This document shows, in pieces, positions 41,527 through 53,590 of a DNA stretch of 64,000 bases (its first letter is position 1; each line of letters starts with the position of its first letter). The translations under genes were made by a program, and so were the position numbers. The stretch comes from Candidatus Spyradenecus sp. (GTDB lineage Bacteria; Verrucomicrobiota; Verrucomicrobiia; Opitutales; UBA953), in the NCBI GenBank assembly GCA_045535075.1, contig JAZSKX010000017.1, positions 96,001 to 160,000 of the forward strand, given 5' to 3'. The notes under the pieces are model-generated. The model had not been told where the DNA came from. It saw only the letters and a list, made by a program, of their open reading frames with translations, and did no database searches.

Positions 41527-43716
41527 TTAACGCACGAAAAGCAATTCGCGGTATTTCGGGAGCGGCCACATTTCGTTGTCGACGAGCAATTCGAGCTTGT
41601 CGATATGGTAGCGAATCGCGTCGAAATACGGCAAAACCGTGTCGTGATATGCAATCGCTTTTTCGCGGGCATCCTCAATCCGGTTTGCTTTTTTGCGGCA
41701 TTCAATCATTTCCTCGGCATTTTTCGTAACGGCGCTGACATGCTCGTTAATCGCTTCAATCAGGCGGATTTGCTCCGACGCCAGGACGCTGAATTTTTCC
41801 GGCGGGAACACCGCCTTGAGCTTCGCAACATTGTCCAGCAAAACGGACTGATACCGTATCGCCACGGGAATAATGTGATTGTGCGACAAATCGCCGAGAA
41901 CACGCGCCTCAATCTGAAGCTTTTTCGTGTAAATTTCCCACTTCACCTCGTTGCGGGTTTCCAGTTCTTTCTTGGAATGAATGTTCCCGTTCGCAAAAAC
42001 CTTTACCGACTGCGGTGAAGTGTACGCATCGTAAATCAACGGAACGCTCGTCTCACAGTCCAAGCCGCGCCGCGCCGCCTCTTCCCGCCATTCTTCGGAA
42101 TAGCCGTTCCCGTCAAAGCGGATCGGCTTCGACTCCTTAATGTATTTTTTAATAACGGTGTAAAGCGCCTCTTTCTTGGACATTCCGCCCGCAATGAGCG
42201 CATCGACCTCCGTTTTAAATTCCTTGAGCTGATAAGCAACCGCCGCATTGACCGCCGTCATCGCCGACGCACAATTCGCAATCGAGCCGATTGCGCGAAA
42301 CTCAAAGCGATTTCCCGTGAACGCAAACGGCGACGTGCGGTTGCGGTCCGTGTTATCGACAAGCAATTCCGGAATTTGACCGACACCGAGCTTAATCTGC
42401 TTTTTGCTGTCCACCTTGATCGCGTCGTCAACCGAGCTTTTTTCAAACGCATCGAGAATGTCGCTGACCTGTTTTCCGAGGAAGGAAGAAATAATCGCCG
42501 GCGGAGCCTCGTTCGCGCCGAGGCGGTGCGCATTCGTCGCCGACGCCGTCGAAGCCTTAAAAAGCGCATTATTTTTGTAAAGTGCCATCAGCGTATTCAC
42601 GACGAAAGTCACGAAACGCAGGTTCTCCATCGAATTTTTTCCCGGAGAAAAAAGATTAACGCCCGTGTTCGTGCTGAGCGACCAATTGTTGTGCTTGCCC
42701 GAACCGTTCACGCCCTTAAAAGGTTTTTCGTGCAAAAGCACGCGGAAATTGTGCCGGCGGGCAACATCTCGCATGAGCGACATCAAAAGCAAATTGTGGT
42801 CCACCGCAAGGTTGCATTCCTCGAAAATCGGCGCGAGCTCAAACTGATTCGGCGCAACTTCGTTGTGGCGCGTTTTCACGGGAATGCCGAGCTTCCACGC
42901 TTCGTATTCCAGCTCCTGCATACACGCGAGAACGCGGCGCGGGATCGCCCCGAAATAATGGTCTTCCAACTGCTGATTTTTCGCCGATTCGTGCCCCATC
43001 AGCGTGCGCCCCGTCAAAACAATATCCGGACGCGCGTTGAACAATTCCTCGTCAATCAGGAAAAATTCCTGCTCGCAACCGAGCGAAGACTGCACGTGCG
43101 TTACGTCGGAATTAAAATATTTGCAAACGCCGACCGCCGCCTTGTTCACCGCTTCCAGCGACTTCAAAAGTGGCGCTTTGTAGTCGAGCGCCTCGCCCGC
43201 GTAGGAAATAAAAATCGTCGGGATAAAAAGCGTATCGCCTACAATGAACGCGGGCGACGACGGATCCCACGCCGAATAGCCGCGCGCCTCAAACGTCGAG
43301 CGCAAGCCGCCGTTCGGGAACGACGACGCGTCCGGCTCCTGCTGAGCGAGAATCTTCCCGCTGAATTCCTCAATCATGCCGCCGCTCCCGTCGCGCTCGA
43401 CAAACGCGTCGTGCTTTTCCGCCGTCCCGTCCGTCAGCGGATGAAACCAGTGCGTGTAATGCGTCGCGCCGTTTTCCATCGCCCACATTCGCATCGCGGG
43501 AGCAATATGCGCGGCAAGCTCCAAAGAAACCGGCTCGCCGAAATCAATCGCATGCGTAATCGCCCGAAACGTTTCTTTCGAGAGATATTTCGCCATCGCT
43601 TTGCGGTTGAAAACCTTGCACCCGAAAAATTCGGAAATTTTCGCCTGCGGCGGGGGAACAACGACGACTTTCCGGTTGGAAGCACGTTCTACGGCATGAA
43701 ATCGAATGTAAGACAT
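41527..43716 (-). CDS. glnA: Glutamine synthetase type III
   Basis: HWFHPLT..TAEKHD, EPDASSFP, RHNEVAPNQ, GVNGSGKHNNWS, DRNRTSPFAFTGNRFEFR; ATG at 43716. Confidence 0.96.
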   Translation of the reverse strand: MSYIRFHAVERASNRKVVVVPPPQAKISEFFGCKVFNRKAMAKYLSKETFRAITHAIDFGEPVSLELAAHIAPAMRMWAMENGATHYTHWFHPLTDGTAEKHDAFVERDGSGGMIEEFSGKILAQQEPDASSFPNGGLRSTFEARGYSAWDPSSPAFIVGDTLFIPTIFISYAGEALDYKAPLLKSLEAVNKAAVGVCKYFNSDVTHVQSSLGCEQEFFLIDEELFNARPDIVLTGRTLMGHESAKNQQLEDHYFGAIPRRVLACMQELEYEAWKLGIPVKTRHNEVAPNQFELAPIFEECNLAVDHNLLLMSLMRDVARRHNFRVLLHEKPFKGVNGSGKHNNWSLSTNTGVNLFSPGKNSMENLRFVTFVVNTLMALYKNNALFKASTASATNAHRLGANEAPPAIISSFLGKQVSDILDAFEKSSVDDAIKVDSKKQIKLGVGQIPELLVDNTDRNRTSPFAFTGNRFEFRAIGSIANCASAMTAVNAAVAYQLKEFKTEVDALIAGGMSKKEALYTVIKKYIKESKPIRFDGNGYSEEWREEAARRGLDCETSVPLIYDAYTSPQSVKVFANGNIHSKKELETRNEVKWEIYTKKLQIEARVLGDLSHNHIIPVAIRYQSVLLDNVAKLKAVFPPEKFSVLASEQIRLIEAINEHVSAVTKNAEEMIECRKKANRIEDAREKAIAYHDTVLPYFDAIRYHIDKLELLVDNEMWPLPKYRELLFVR

Positions 43717-43775
43717 AAGCTGGAAAAAAGATACGCCCGCGCGTTCCCGCACGTCAAGCGGGTTTTCCGATTTTT

Positions 43776-43889
43776 ACTTCCAAACGAAGCGAAATTTGGC
43801 ATTTTTCGACAAAAACTCCAAATTTTCACTTCCAAACGAAGCAAATTTTTTAATTTTTCACTGAAAAACCGATTTTTTGACTTCCAAAC
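43776..43889. repeat. Degenerate tandem repeat with 52-bp period upstream of glnA
   Basis: acttccaaac(gaagc) begins at 43776, 43828 and 43880; A/T tracts between copies. Confidence 0.7.
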
Positions 43890-43929
43890 TCAAATCCGGA
43901 AAAACGTATTTCGGAACGTTCCCGTGCAA

Positions 43930-44125
43930 AAGAAACCACGAACAAACACAAATACTCACGAATGTTTTTAACGCAAAGACGCGAAGGAATTTCCGCAACA
44001 AAAACATTTTGCGTGCGAAGTAAAGTGAGACTTCCCGCAAAGCTTAAAATTCTCGCGCAAAGACGCGAAGCCGCAAAGTATTTGAGAGATAAAAAAACTT
44101 TGCGGCTTGGCGGCTTAGCGCGAAA
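43930..44125. repeat. Cluster of short REP-like palindromic units
   Basis: cgcaaagacgcgaag twice; cgcgcaaagacgcgaagccgcaaag ... ctttgcggcttggcggcttagcgcg imperfect hairpin. Confidence 0.55.
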
Positions 44126-44281
44126 AAAAAACGTTCCCGCGTAAAACCGACTTTCGTCACGCGGGAACGAAAAAGCAAATCATCGGAAGAGGATAGCGAG
44201 CCACCCGTAAAATTTACGGAGTCCGCCCGACTATTTTTCGATTTGAAAGGCTCACGGGAACGTTTCATGCTCTTAAGCATC

Positions 44282-44650
44282 ATGGCAGATACTAATTTTC
44301 TTCCGAAATCCGGTTTGCAAACCGAACGCGCACAGATCCGCGTTTCCACGAAATTCCCGGCAAACAATAATTATGTTTGCAGCTATGAAGTCTTTGTCGA
44401 AGGCGAATTTTTCAAGCCCGAAAACGGGCGTTCGGCGATGATTAACTTTGTCCAAACCGGAGCGCCGCTCGAAAAATCTTATTACGATTACGGGCGTTTT
44501 TGCTTTTTCCTGCCGAATTGCGTTTTGCCGATGTTTGAAGACGTTTTGAACGGTCAGGCGGCGAAGCTTATCGTTCATTTTGTCGTTGAAAACGGACGTC
44601 CGGCACGCGATCAAGCCGAAGCGCAATTCAAAATCACGTTTAAGGTTTAA
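44282..44650 (+). CDS. Hypothetical protein
   Basis: 122-aa ORF ending 3 nt before icd. Confidence 0.7.
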   Translation: MADTNFLPKSGLQTERAQIRVSTKFPANNNYVCSYEVFVEGEFFKPENGRSAMINFVQTGAPLEKSYYDYGRFCFFLPNCVLPMFEDVLNGQAAKLIVHFVVENGRPARDQAEAQFKITFKV

Positions 44651-44653
44651 GCC

Positions 44654-45898
<1,245 letters not shown>

Positions 45899-45961
45899 GC
45901 GCGGGAACGGCTTTTTATCGAAGTAATAAAAAATCCCTTGCGGAAATCGTAAGGGATTTTT

Positions 45962-46046
45962 TGGTACTCGAGAAGGGACTTGAACCCATACGCCTTTCGG
46001 CATCGGAACCTAAATCCGACGTGTCTGCCAATTTCACCACTCGAGC
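45962..46046 (-). tRNA. tRNA-Leu (TAG)
   Basis: GCTCGAGTGGTGAAATTGGCAGACACG TCGGA TTTAGGT TCCGA, long variable arm, GGTTCAAGTCC, ACCA. Confidence 0.96.
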
Positions 46047-46132
46047 AAAAAAGCGGTATTACCCTAAGAAAATCTTTCCGTTTTGGCAAGCCGGAGCGTT
46101 CCCGCGAGCCGGCAAGTTTTTAATTCAAGCGC

Positions 46133-47248
46133 TTATTTTCTCTTTTGCTTAGGAAATTCCACGCGCAAACCCAAGGCTTTGAGCCCGCGGGCAACATCTT
46201 TTTCCAGCTTCGCCCAATCGCGCCCGTCAAGCAACGCAACATGCGCGGCATCGTGACTTTCCCCTGCCTGAATTTCACGAACAAACGCCTTGATACGCGC
46301 CGCGTCCTTTTTCCCGTCAACATGAAAAAAGTAATATGCGAGCGCGAGCGAAAACCCGTAACAAAACTGCGAAAACTTCTGGTCTCTTGAAAATTCCTGA
46401 TACGGAAGATTCATAAATTCTTCGAGCGACATCGGAACTTTAATGTTCTTTCCGAGTCCTCGTCCGCCCTTTCCGTCCTTCCCGTAGCCGATAATGTAAG
46501 CCGCAATTTCTTTTTTATTTCCCGTAAAGGTAAAACGTCCGTTCGCATAATCGGTAAGCCCGACATATTCGGCAATTCCTTCGAGATACCAACTCGGATA
46601 GCGATAGCCGGGAAGCGTCATAAAGTGCGTCAATTCGTGCGCAAGTACGTGCGCGGGGATTTTGCGCGTTCCGCGTTTGTATTTTGCCCCGGACTTTTCC
46701 AAATCAAGCGACTCGAACGGAACGAAAATGCAGGAATCCTCCATCGTTCCCGCCGAGCGGCAAATCCCGGCGGAAGTGCTGTTTTCCGAACCGATGGCTT
46801 TCAGATATTCCGCCCGCGTTTCAAAAAGCAACGCTTTGAGCTTTCCCCTTTCGGCAACTTGATAATAATTGCAAGGCGAGTTCAGCGGGAGCGCCAGATT
46901 CGCCGTGTAAGTCCCCTCGAAAATGCGCGCGATATCGCGAATCGCAGAAAGCTGAATCGGCGCCGTGCTGGTAAATGAAAAATGCTCCGTTTCGTAAATA
47001 TTCGTTTTCCCTTCTTCTTTGACGACACGCGCCGGAAGCATATCGACAATCTTCGTTGTTTTCGGCCACGGCTTGGAAAAATTTTCTCCCGGTAAGTCCT
47101 CAAGTTTGGATTCGCCTAAATCGGATTCTTCGAGACTCGCTTTCGCGTCCGCCCGCGCCTGTTGCGCCCAAAGCGTTCCCGCAGAAAAACCGAAGCAAAG
47201 CGCTCCCGCAAGAAAGATCCAAATGTATTTTTTTACTCCTTTAAACAT
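46133..47248 (-). CDS. Exported gluzincin-like protein
   Basis: Signal peptide; AHELTH followed by WYLEGIAEY; start uncertain. Confidence 0.7.
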   Translation of the reverse strand: MFKGVKKYIWIFLAGALCFGFSAGTLWAQQARADAKASLEESDLGESKLEDLPGENFSKPWPKTTKIVDMLPARVVKEEGKTNIYETEHFSFTSTAPIQLSAIRDIARIFEGTYTANLALPLNSPCNYYQVAERGKLKALLFETRAEYLKAIGSENSTSAGICRSAGTMEDSCIFVPFESLDLEKSGAKYKRGTRKIPAHVLAHELTHFMTLPGYRYPSWYLEGIAEYVGLTDYANGRFTFTGNKKEIAAYIIGYGKDGKGGRGLGKNIKVPMSLEEFMNLPYQEFSRDQKFSQFCYGFSLALAYYFFHVDGKKDAARIKAFVREIQAGESHDAAHVALLDGRDWAKLEKDVARGLKALGLRVEFPKQKRK

Positions 47249-47475
47249 CTTAAACAACTCCACGAATTTTCCCCAACTTCTACCACAGATAAACCGATGA
47301 ATCAAACTCTCAGACTTCAAATTTCCGTGCGCCCCGAAGTTTTCCGCGGGTCAAAATATCTTCGCGGGAACCCCGGAAAAACAAAAAAAGAACAGGCGAT
47401 ACCGCCTGTTCTTTTGTGATTTTATCTGCGGAATAAATTTTTTCGTAAATACGTAAGATTTTCCGTGGTCAAAAT

Positions 47476-50400
47476 TTATTTCACGTTGATTTTGAGCGTT
47501 TGCGTGCCGAGTTCGCCGCCGTCGACGGTGAGTTCGGCTTCGCCGGTCGTGCCGCGCTTGGAGCGCAGAATGACTTGAGCCAAGCCCGCGAATGCGCGCA
47601 TTTCCGAGCCTTTCATCGAAAGGCGGTCGGTCGGGTCGCCGTTGCAAACGCCGACGATTTCGGCGTTCCCGCGCACGGAGAATTTGAAGAAATTTTTCGC
47701 CGTCGGGACAACGCGTCCCTGCGCGTCAGTCACGGAAATCGTGATATAGGAAAGGTCGCGTCCGTCGCCGCGGATTGTTGCGCGGTCGGCTTCCGCCTTG
47801 AAGCCTGCGGGAGCGCCGGTGGTTTCGACTTTGTCGCGTGCCCATTCCTTGCCGTTTTTGTAGGCGACGACTTCGAGCGTTCCCGGCTCGTATTTTACGT
47901 CCATCCACGTAAGGCGGAAGCGTTCCCGCTGGTCGCCGTTCAAATCCTTGTTCGTGATTTTCGCGCCTTTTTTCTTCGTGCGTTTGCCGAGGGATTTGCC
48001 GTTCAGGAAAAGCTCTGCGGAATCGCCGCTCGTGAAAACGAAGACGGGCGTGGTTTTGCCTTCGCGGGAACCTTCCCAGTTCCAGTGCGGAAGAATGTGC
48101 GCCATCGGCACGTCCGGCAGCCATTCGGATTGCCAAAGCCAAGCAACGTTTTTGCGGAAGCCGCAAAGGTCAACGATGCCGAAATACGAGCTGCGGGAAG
48201 GTGTTCCGTGTTTGAGAATTTCTTCCATTTCCTTTTTCAGGCGAGCAATTTCTTCCGGAGATGCTCCGCGAAAATCCGTGTCCGGACGGCGTCCGAGATT
48301 CCACGGCGTCGGTTCGCCGAGGTAGTCGAAGCCCGTCCAAACGAATTGCCCCGCGGTGCGCGGCTGGTCTTCGATGGCGCCGAATTCGATGTCCGGCGTC
48401 GAGCCCCAGCCGGTTGCGTAAATTGCGTAGTCGCTGACTTGGCAGGCGGCGAGGCTGTCGCAGAAATTGCGTCGCCAGAAGGCGGTTTCAAAGTCTTTTT
48501 CGTTTACCGGGAACGAGTAAAATCCGCGGGAAGAAACGGTCGAGCAGGTTTCCGAGCCGTAGAACGGGGTGTTCGGATTGTTGGTCGCAAATTCCGTGTA
48601 ATTGTTCGGTTTGTAGTTGAAGCCGAAAACGTCAAATTGTTTGCCGAAATTCGTGCGGGAAGCGCGAATATCGTTACTGCCGATGGTGGTCGGGCGCGTC
48701 GGGTCGTAGCGGTGGAAGCGGTCGACGAGGTCTTTCGCGAGCGCGGGACCGTCGGCGGAGTGCTGTTCTTCGATTTCGTTCCCGACGGACCACATGATTA
48801 CGCACGGGCGATTGCGGTCGCGCATGACAAAGTTGCGCACGTCGCGTTCCCGCCAGTTTTCCCAGAAAAGATTGTAGCCGTTGGTTTTGCCCTCTTTGAG
48901 GTGTTTCCAGCAGTCGAGCAATTCGTCGTCAACGAGAATGCCCATGCGGTCGCAGAGGTCGAGCAATTCCGGCGCGGGCGGGTTGTGCGAAGTGCGGATT
49001 GCGTTCACGCCGAAGCTCTTGAGAATTTCGATTTGACGCTCCATGGCGCGTGTGTGGACGGCGCCGCCGAGCGGTCCGAGGTCGTGGTGCTGGCAAACGC
49101 CCTGAATCGGCACGCGGCGTTCGTTCAGGTAATAGCCGTCGGCTTTCCATTCGGATTTGCGCACGCCGAATGCGGTTTCTTGGCGATCGACGATTTTGCC
49201 GTCGGCGACAACTGTCGTTTCAAGCGTGTAAAGCGCGGGATTTTCGATGTCCCAAAGCTCGACATCGCTGAGCGTGAGTTCCGCGTTCGTGCCTTCGGCG
49301 GAGGCGAGCACTTTGCCGTCTTTTTTGATTTTGTTGACGACGTTAAATTCCTTGGCGATTTCGGTTCCGGGAACGCGAACATCCGTAGCGACGCTCGTTT
49401 CCGCCGTGATTTTGGCCGTTTTCGCGTAGCGTTTGCCGTCGCGGAGCTCGATGCCGGAAATTTCGGGCGTTTTCACCCAAACGCCGTTGTAGTCAATGTA
49501 AGTCGGATTTTTTTCGACCAACCAAACGTGGCGATAAATGCCCGCGCCGGGATACCAACGCGTGGAATTCGGCAGGTTTTCGGCACGAACGACGACGGTA
49601 TTTTTTTCTCCGAATTTGAGAAACGGCGTAATGTCGACGCGGAACGACGAGTAGCCGTATTTCCACTCGCCGGCGAGTTTTCCGTTCACGTAAACCTGCG
49701 GCATCATCATGACGCCGTCGAAATCGAGAAAGAGTTTTTTGCCGGATTTGTCTGCGGGCACGTCAAATTCCTTGCGATACCAGCCGACGGCGTTCCACGG
49801 GAGCGAGCCGGTCTGGTTCGGTTCGGAAGCGAGGAACGGGCTTTCCACGCCCCAATCGTGCGGGAGGTCGAGCTTGCGCCACGAGGAATCGTCGAAAGCG
49901 ACTTCGTAAGCTTTCAGCGCGGGACCGGTTTTCGGGTTTTCCGGGGTGATTTTTGCGCCGTTCCCGTCAAAAAATTCCCACTCGCGGATGCTTGCCCAAG
50001 CGACACCATCCGGCTGGACATCGATTTTGGCATAGCGGAAATTACGGTTTAAAGATTCCGTATTTGTTTTCGACGGCATGTTTTTCATGCTTTGATCTAC
50101 AAGCTTCGTCCACGTTTTTCCGTCGGAAGAAACCGAAATAACATAGCGATAATTTGCGGCATTTTCCCAAAGAATTTTGGTCATCCCGATATCGCAGGCA
50201 CGCCCGAGATCAAGCGTAATTGATGCCGGGATTTTCCCGCGTGCGCACCAGCGCGTGGCGGCGTTCCCGTCAAACGCATTGGCAACCGGATTGTGCGCTT
50301 CTTCGCTTGTCGCGACTGCTACTCCCGCGGGCGCGCCGGGTTCCTGCTTGGCGAGGCAGTCAGCGTGTTTTCCGAATTTGGCAAAGCGCCAACCGAAGTC

Positions 50401-50568
50401 AAAACTTTCGCGCGAAACATCCGCATCCTCGTAAGCAATTTTTTCCGCGAGAACGTAATTTTTTTCCGTCGCCGAAACAGGCACATTTTCTGAAGTCTTT
50501 TGGTCTGAGCAAGCGACCAGAAAAATTGAAAGTGCAATAGAGCCGAGAAGATATTTTGCGGGTTTCAT
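47476..50568 (-). CDS. GH2 beta-galactosidase lipoprotein with inserted F5/8-type C (CBM32-like) domain
   Basis: Lipobox LVAC; AFDGNAATRW discoidin motif; LPHDW, NAIRTSHNPP, WSVGNE, WTGFDYLGEP. Confidence 0.93.
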   Translation of the reverse strand: MKPAKYLLGSIALSIFLVACSDQKTSENVPVSATEKNYVLAEKIAYEDADVSRESFDFGWRFAKFGKHADCLAKQEPGAPAGVAVATSEEAHNPVANAFDGNAATRWCARGKIPASITLDLGRACDIGMTKILWENAANYRYVISVSSDGKTWTKLVDQSMKNMPSKTNTESLNRNFRYAKIDVQPDGVAWASIREWEFFDGNGAKITPENPKTGPALKAYEVAFDDSSWRKLDLPHDWGVESPFLASEPNQTGSLPWNAVGWYRKEFDVPADKSGKKLFLDFDGVMMMPQVYVNGKLAGEWKYGYSSFRVDITPFLKFGEKNTVVVRAENLPNSTRWYPGAGIYRHVWLVEKNPTYIDYNGVWVKTPEISGIELRDGKRYAKTAKITAETSVATDVRVPGTEIAKEFNVVNKIKKDGKVLASAEGTNAELTLSDVELWDIENPALYTLETTVVADGKIVDRQETAFGVRKSEWKADGYYLNERRVPIQGVCQHHDLGPLGGAVHTRAMERQIEILKSFGVNAIRTSHNPPAPELLDLCDRMGILVDDELLDCWKHLKEGKTNGYNLFWENWRERDVRNFVMRDRNRPCVIMWSVGNEIEEQHSADGPALAKDLVDRFHRYDPTRPTTIGSNDIRASRTNFGKQFDVFGFNYKPNNYTEFATNNPNTPFYGSETCSTVSSRGFYSFPVNEKDFETAFWRRNFCDSLAACQVSDYAIYATGWGSTPDIEFGAIEDQPRTAGQFVWTGFDYLGEPTPWNLGRRPDTDFRGASPEEIARLKKEMEEILKHGTPSRSSYFGIVDLCGFRKNVAWLWQSEWLPDVPMAHILPHWNWEGSREGKTTPVFVFTSGDSAELFLNGKSLGKRTKKKGAKITNKDLNGDQRERFRLTWMDVKYEPGTLEVVAYKNGKEWARDKVETTGAPAGFKAEADRATIRGDGRDLSYITISVTDAQGRVVPTAKNFFKFSVRGNAEIVGVCNGDPTDRLSMKGSEMRAFAGLAQVILRSKRGTTGEAELTVDGGELGTQTLKINVK

Positions 50569-50700
50569 ATAAAAAAATTCTATTGTTCCCGCACAAGTTC
50601 CCGCAATTTTTTTCTTAGTAAAAACAACGCATAAGAGCCACGACCAATAAACGATTCTGGCTTTGCGTTCCCGCGGGAAAAAGTTTTAAATGCACGCACT

Positions 50701-52245
50701 ATGCAGAAACTTGCGCTCCTGTCGGTCAGCGACAAAACCGGACTTTTGGATTTCGCCAAAGTCCTTGTCGAAAAACACAACTACAAGCTGCTCTCCACGG
50801 GCGGCACGGCTAAAATGCTCCGCGACGGTGGCTTGCCCGTTACCGATGTGAGCGAGCACACCGGATTTCCGGAAATCATGGACGGACGCGTGAAAACGCT
50901 CCACCCGCGCGTGCACGGCGGGTTGCTCTGCCGCCGCGATCTTCCCGCGCATATGGAACAGGCGGCGAAGCTCGAAATCCCGATGATTGACATGGTTGTC
51001 GTCAATCTTTACCCGTTTGAAGCCACCGTCGCGAAGCCGGATTGCGCTTTTGAAGACGCGATTGAAAATATCGACATCGGCGGACCGTCGATGTTGCGCT
51101 CCGCCGCGAAAAACCACCAAAGCGTTTTCGTCGTTACCGATCCCGCGGACTATTCCCGCGTGCTCGAAGCCATGGACGGCGATCCCGCGACGCTTCCCGC
51201 GTTCCGCCGCGAACTCGCAATGAAGGTTTTCTCCCGCACGGCGGCTTACGACGCTGCAATTGCGAATTATTTGGAAAAACAAACGCCGACACCGGAAACC
51301 GCGCCGGCGTTCCCGCGTCAGTTTAATCTGAATCTGAAAACCGCGCAGGAACTCCGCTACGGCGAAAATCCGCACCAAAACGCCAAGCTTTTCGGCGATT
51401 TTCACAGCTTCTTCAACCAGCTCCAAGGCAAGGAACTCAGCTTCAACAACATTCTCGACATCACGGGAGCGACGAATCTCATCGCGGAGTTTGACCGCCC
51501 GACCGTCGGTATTTTGAAGCACACGAATCCCTGCGGCATCGCGACGGCGGGAACGCTCGCCGAAGCTTGGGATCAGGCTTTTGAAACGGACAAACAGGCT
51601 CCGTTCGGCGGCATCATCGTCGCCAACCGCGAAGTCGACAAAGACCTCGCCGAACGCATCGCGCACATTTTCTCCGAAGTTATCATCGCTCCGTCGTTCT
51701 CGGCGGAAGCGCGCGAAATTTTCGCAAAAAAGAAAAATCTGCGCCTCATGGAACAGGTGAAACCGATTTCGGCGGACAAGCTTTACGACGTGCGCTACGC
51801 CATCGGCGGCGTGCTTGTGCAGGAACGCGATATTAAGGCGATTGATCCGAGCGTTTACAAAGTCGTAACGGAACGCCAGCCGACCGAAGAAGAACTCCGC
51901 GCGATGCTCTTTGGCTGGAAAGTCGTCAAGCACGTTAAGTCCAACGCGATTGTTTACGCGGGTTGCGAACGCACGCTCGGGATCGGCGCCGGGCAAATGT
52001 CCCGCGTGGATTCTTCCCGCATCGCCGTGTGGAAGGCAGGCGAAGCCGGGCTCTCGCTCAAGGGCTCCGTTATCGCGAGCGACGCGTTCTTCCCGTTTGC
52101 CGACGGCTTGCTCGCTGCGGCAGACGCCGGCGCAACGGCGGCGATTCAGCCGGGCGGCTCCGTGCGCGACCAGGAAGTTATCGACGCTGCGAACGCACGC
52201 GGCATGGCGATGATTTTCACCGGACACCGCCACTTCCGCCACTAA
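50701..52245 (+). CDS. purH: Bifunctional AICAR transformylase/IMP cyclohydrolase
   Basis: [45 protein letters not shown]. Confidence 0.98.
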   Translation: MQKLALLSVSDKTGLLDFAKVLVEKHNYKLLSTGGTAKMLRDGGLPVTDVSEHTGFPEIMDGRVKTLHPRVHGGLLCRRDLPAHMEQAAKLEIPMIDMVVVNLYPFEATVAKPDCAFEDAIENIDIGGPSMLRSAAKNHQSVFVVTDPADYSRVLEAMDGDPATLPAFRRELAMKVFSRTAAYDAAIANYLEKQTPTPETAPAFPRQFNLNLKTAQELRYGENPHQNAKLFGDFHSFFNQLQGKELSFNNILDITGATNLIAEFDRPTVGILKHTNPCGIATAGTLAEAWDQAFETDKQAPFGGIIVANREVDKDLAERIAHIFSEVIIAPSFSAEAREIFAKKKNLRLMEQVKPISADKLYDVRYAIGGVLVQERDIKAIDPSVYKVVTERQPTEEELRAMLFGWKVVKHVKSNAIVYAGCERTLGIGAGQMSRVDSSRIAVWKAGEAGLSLKGSVIASDAFFPFADGLLAAADAGATAAIQPGGSVRDQEVIDAANARGMAMIFTGHRHFRH

Positions 52246-52246
52246 G
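52009..52246 (+). repeat. Left 238-bp direct repeat (3' end of the functional purH; attL-like)
   Basis: Matches 56521-56758 with 12 substitutions, 11 of them synonymous. Confidence 0.95.
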
Positions 52247-52257
52247 CGCTAAGCGCC

Positions 52258-52298
52258 AAAAAAAGGCACGGAGAGAAATTCCTCTCCGTGCCTTTTTT
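52258..52298 (+). terminator. Island-supplied purH terminator
   Basis: aaaaaaaggcacggagag aaattc ctctccgtgccttttttt; contains no host 9-mer. Confidence 0.85.
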
Positions 52299-53121
52299 GC
52301 GCCAATTGCCAATCCCGAATTCCGAATGCTTACCGAGAAAGGGAGAACTGATAGCTGATAACGGATAAGTGAAGACGCCTGCGGCGGCGGAATAAGCATC
52401 GAGCATCAAGTGAGCGCCTGCGGCGGAAGGGATAGCTGATAACTGATCCGGACGAAGCGGATCCGCGGATTTCACCAATTGCACGAATTAGAGAAGCTTC
52501 TCCTCGGCTTTGCCTATTCAACGGCTCAGCTTTTAAGCTCTTAAACTCTGCTGTAGGCGGGTGCAGGCACAGCCGAGAGGAATACCGCTTGAGCGGAGTT
52601 ATTGGGTAGTGAGATTCCGTGGCGTGCTTTCCCCAAAGCCAATTATTGAATTCGCTGAGCGGTAATCATTCGGAATTCGAGATTCACTATTCACAATTGC
52701 CTTTCCGAGGCCGTGCGCCGGAGGTGCACGACATAGAATAACCGCGGGTGGAGGCATCGCCGTAACCCGCGGATAATCTGAAAAAACAAGCGCCGTAACA
52801 CGATGGGGAAATAATCCGCTTACGTGTCTGCGGCGCAATGGAACGGGGAAACAGTGAAAAGGTATGGCTGATAGGTCCTCCGGAAGAGGATTTTTGAAAA
52901 ATCCGGGAAAAATGCAAACACGCGTGATTTTCAAAAATCTTTTGCGAGTGTTTTTTTAGATGAAGCAATTTGAATGCAGCTTGGCTTTGTGGCAATTGAC
53001 TCAAGACAGGCGCAAGAATTAATTAACAAATAATTCTTGCATTGCGTCGCAACGAGGCGCAACATTGCAAGCGTTTGCTTTGAGCAATTAGACAAATCAA
53101 CTACTAATACCAGTTACTACC

Positions 53122-53508
53122 ATGTCAAAATCTCAATACTATCAAGCGCCGGGCGAAGAATTTTATCTCTTTGAGGGAGAAAGATTGCTGATGGAAGCAA
53201 GTCTTCAGAAATGCACAGTTCCCGTGATTTCAACGTGTGTCCGCTTGACCGATAAACGTCTCGTTTTTTCTGATGTTTCCCGATGGCTTTCGGTGGGCGT
53301 GTCTTGGCTATTTTGGTTTATGAAGCCTACAAAGGTAAGCTCTTCGCTTTTGAAAAGTGAAATTGTTTCAATGGAACTTGCTTCGACTATCGGGCGAAAG
53401 AAGCTGTCGATCAAAACGAAAACGGGAGAGCATATCGCCATCGCTGCATGGCTGTTTTCGAACTCAGAGGTTATGCGAATCATGCAGTGGTGGAAGGACG
53501 GGGAGTAG
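53122..53508 (+). CDS. Hypothetical protein, bacterial PH/GRAM-like fold
   Basis: LFEGERLL...VRLTDKRLVF pattern typical of bacterial PH domains. Confidence 0.6.
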   Translation: MSKSQYYQAPGEEFYLFEGERLLMEASLQKCTVPVISTCVRLTDKRLVFSDVSRWLSVGVSWLFWFMKPTKVSSSLLKSEIVSMELASTIGRKKLSIKTKTGEHIAIAAWLFSNSEVMRIMQWWKDGE

Positions 53509-53590
53509 GGGCAAAGCCTGACATCCTCCGAATAACCGAAATCCGATTTTTTCTATTAATACACATAAAAACCATTAAACACACAAAAAC

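Noticed and set aside
43776..43889. Possible degenerate CRISPR array (52-bp period)
   Set aside because: Conserved part is only 10-15 bp, the spacers resemble each other, there are only 3 units and no cas genes in the window
47500..50052. 850-aa plus-strand ORF, and similar long antisense ORFs (1761-2783, 19089-20204, 42376-43971, 44273-46003, 50686-52242, 62035-63330)
   Set aside because: Antisense shadows of well-supported genes (GH2, glyA, gltA, glnA, icd, purH, katA); no recognisable motifs
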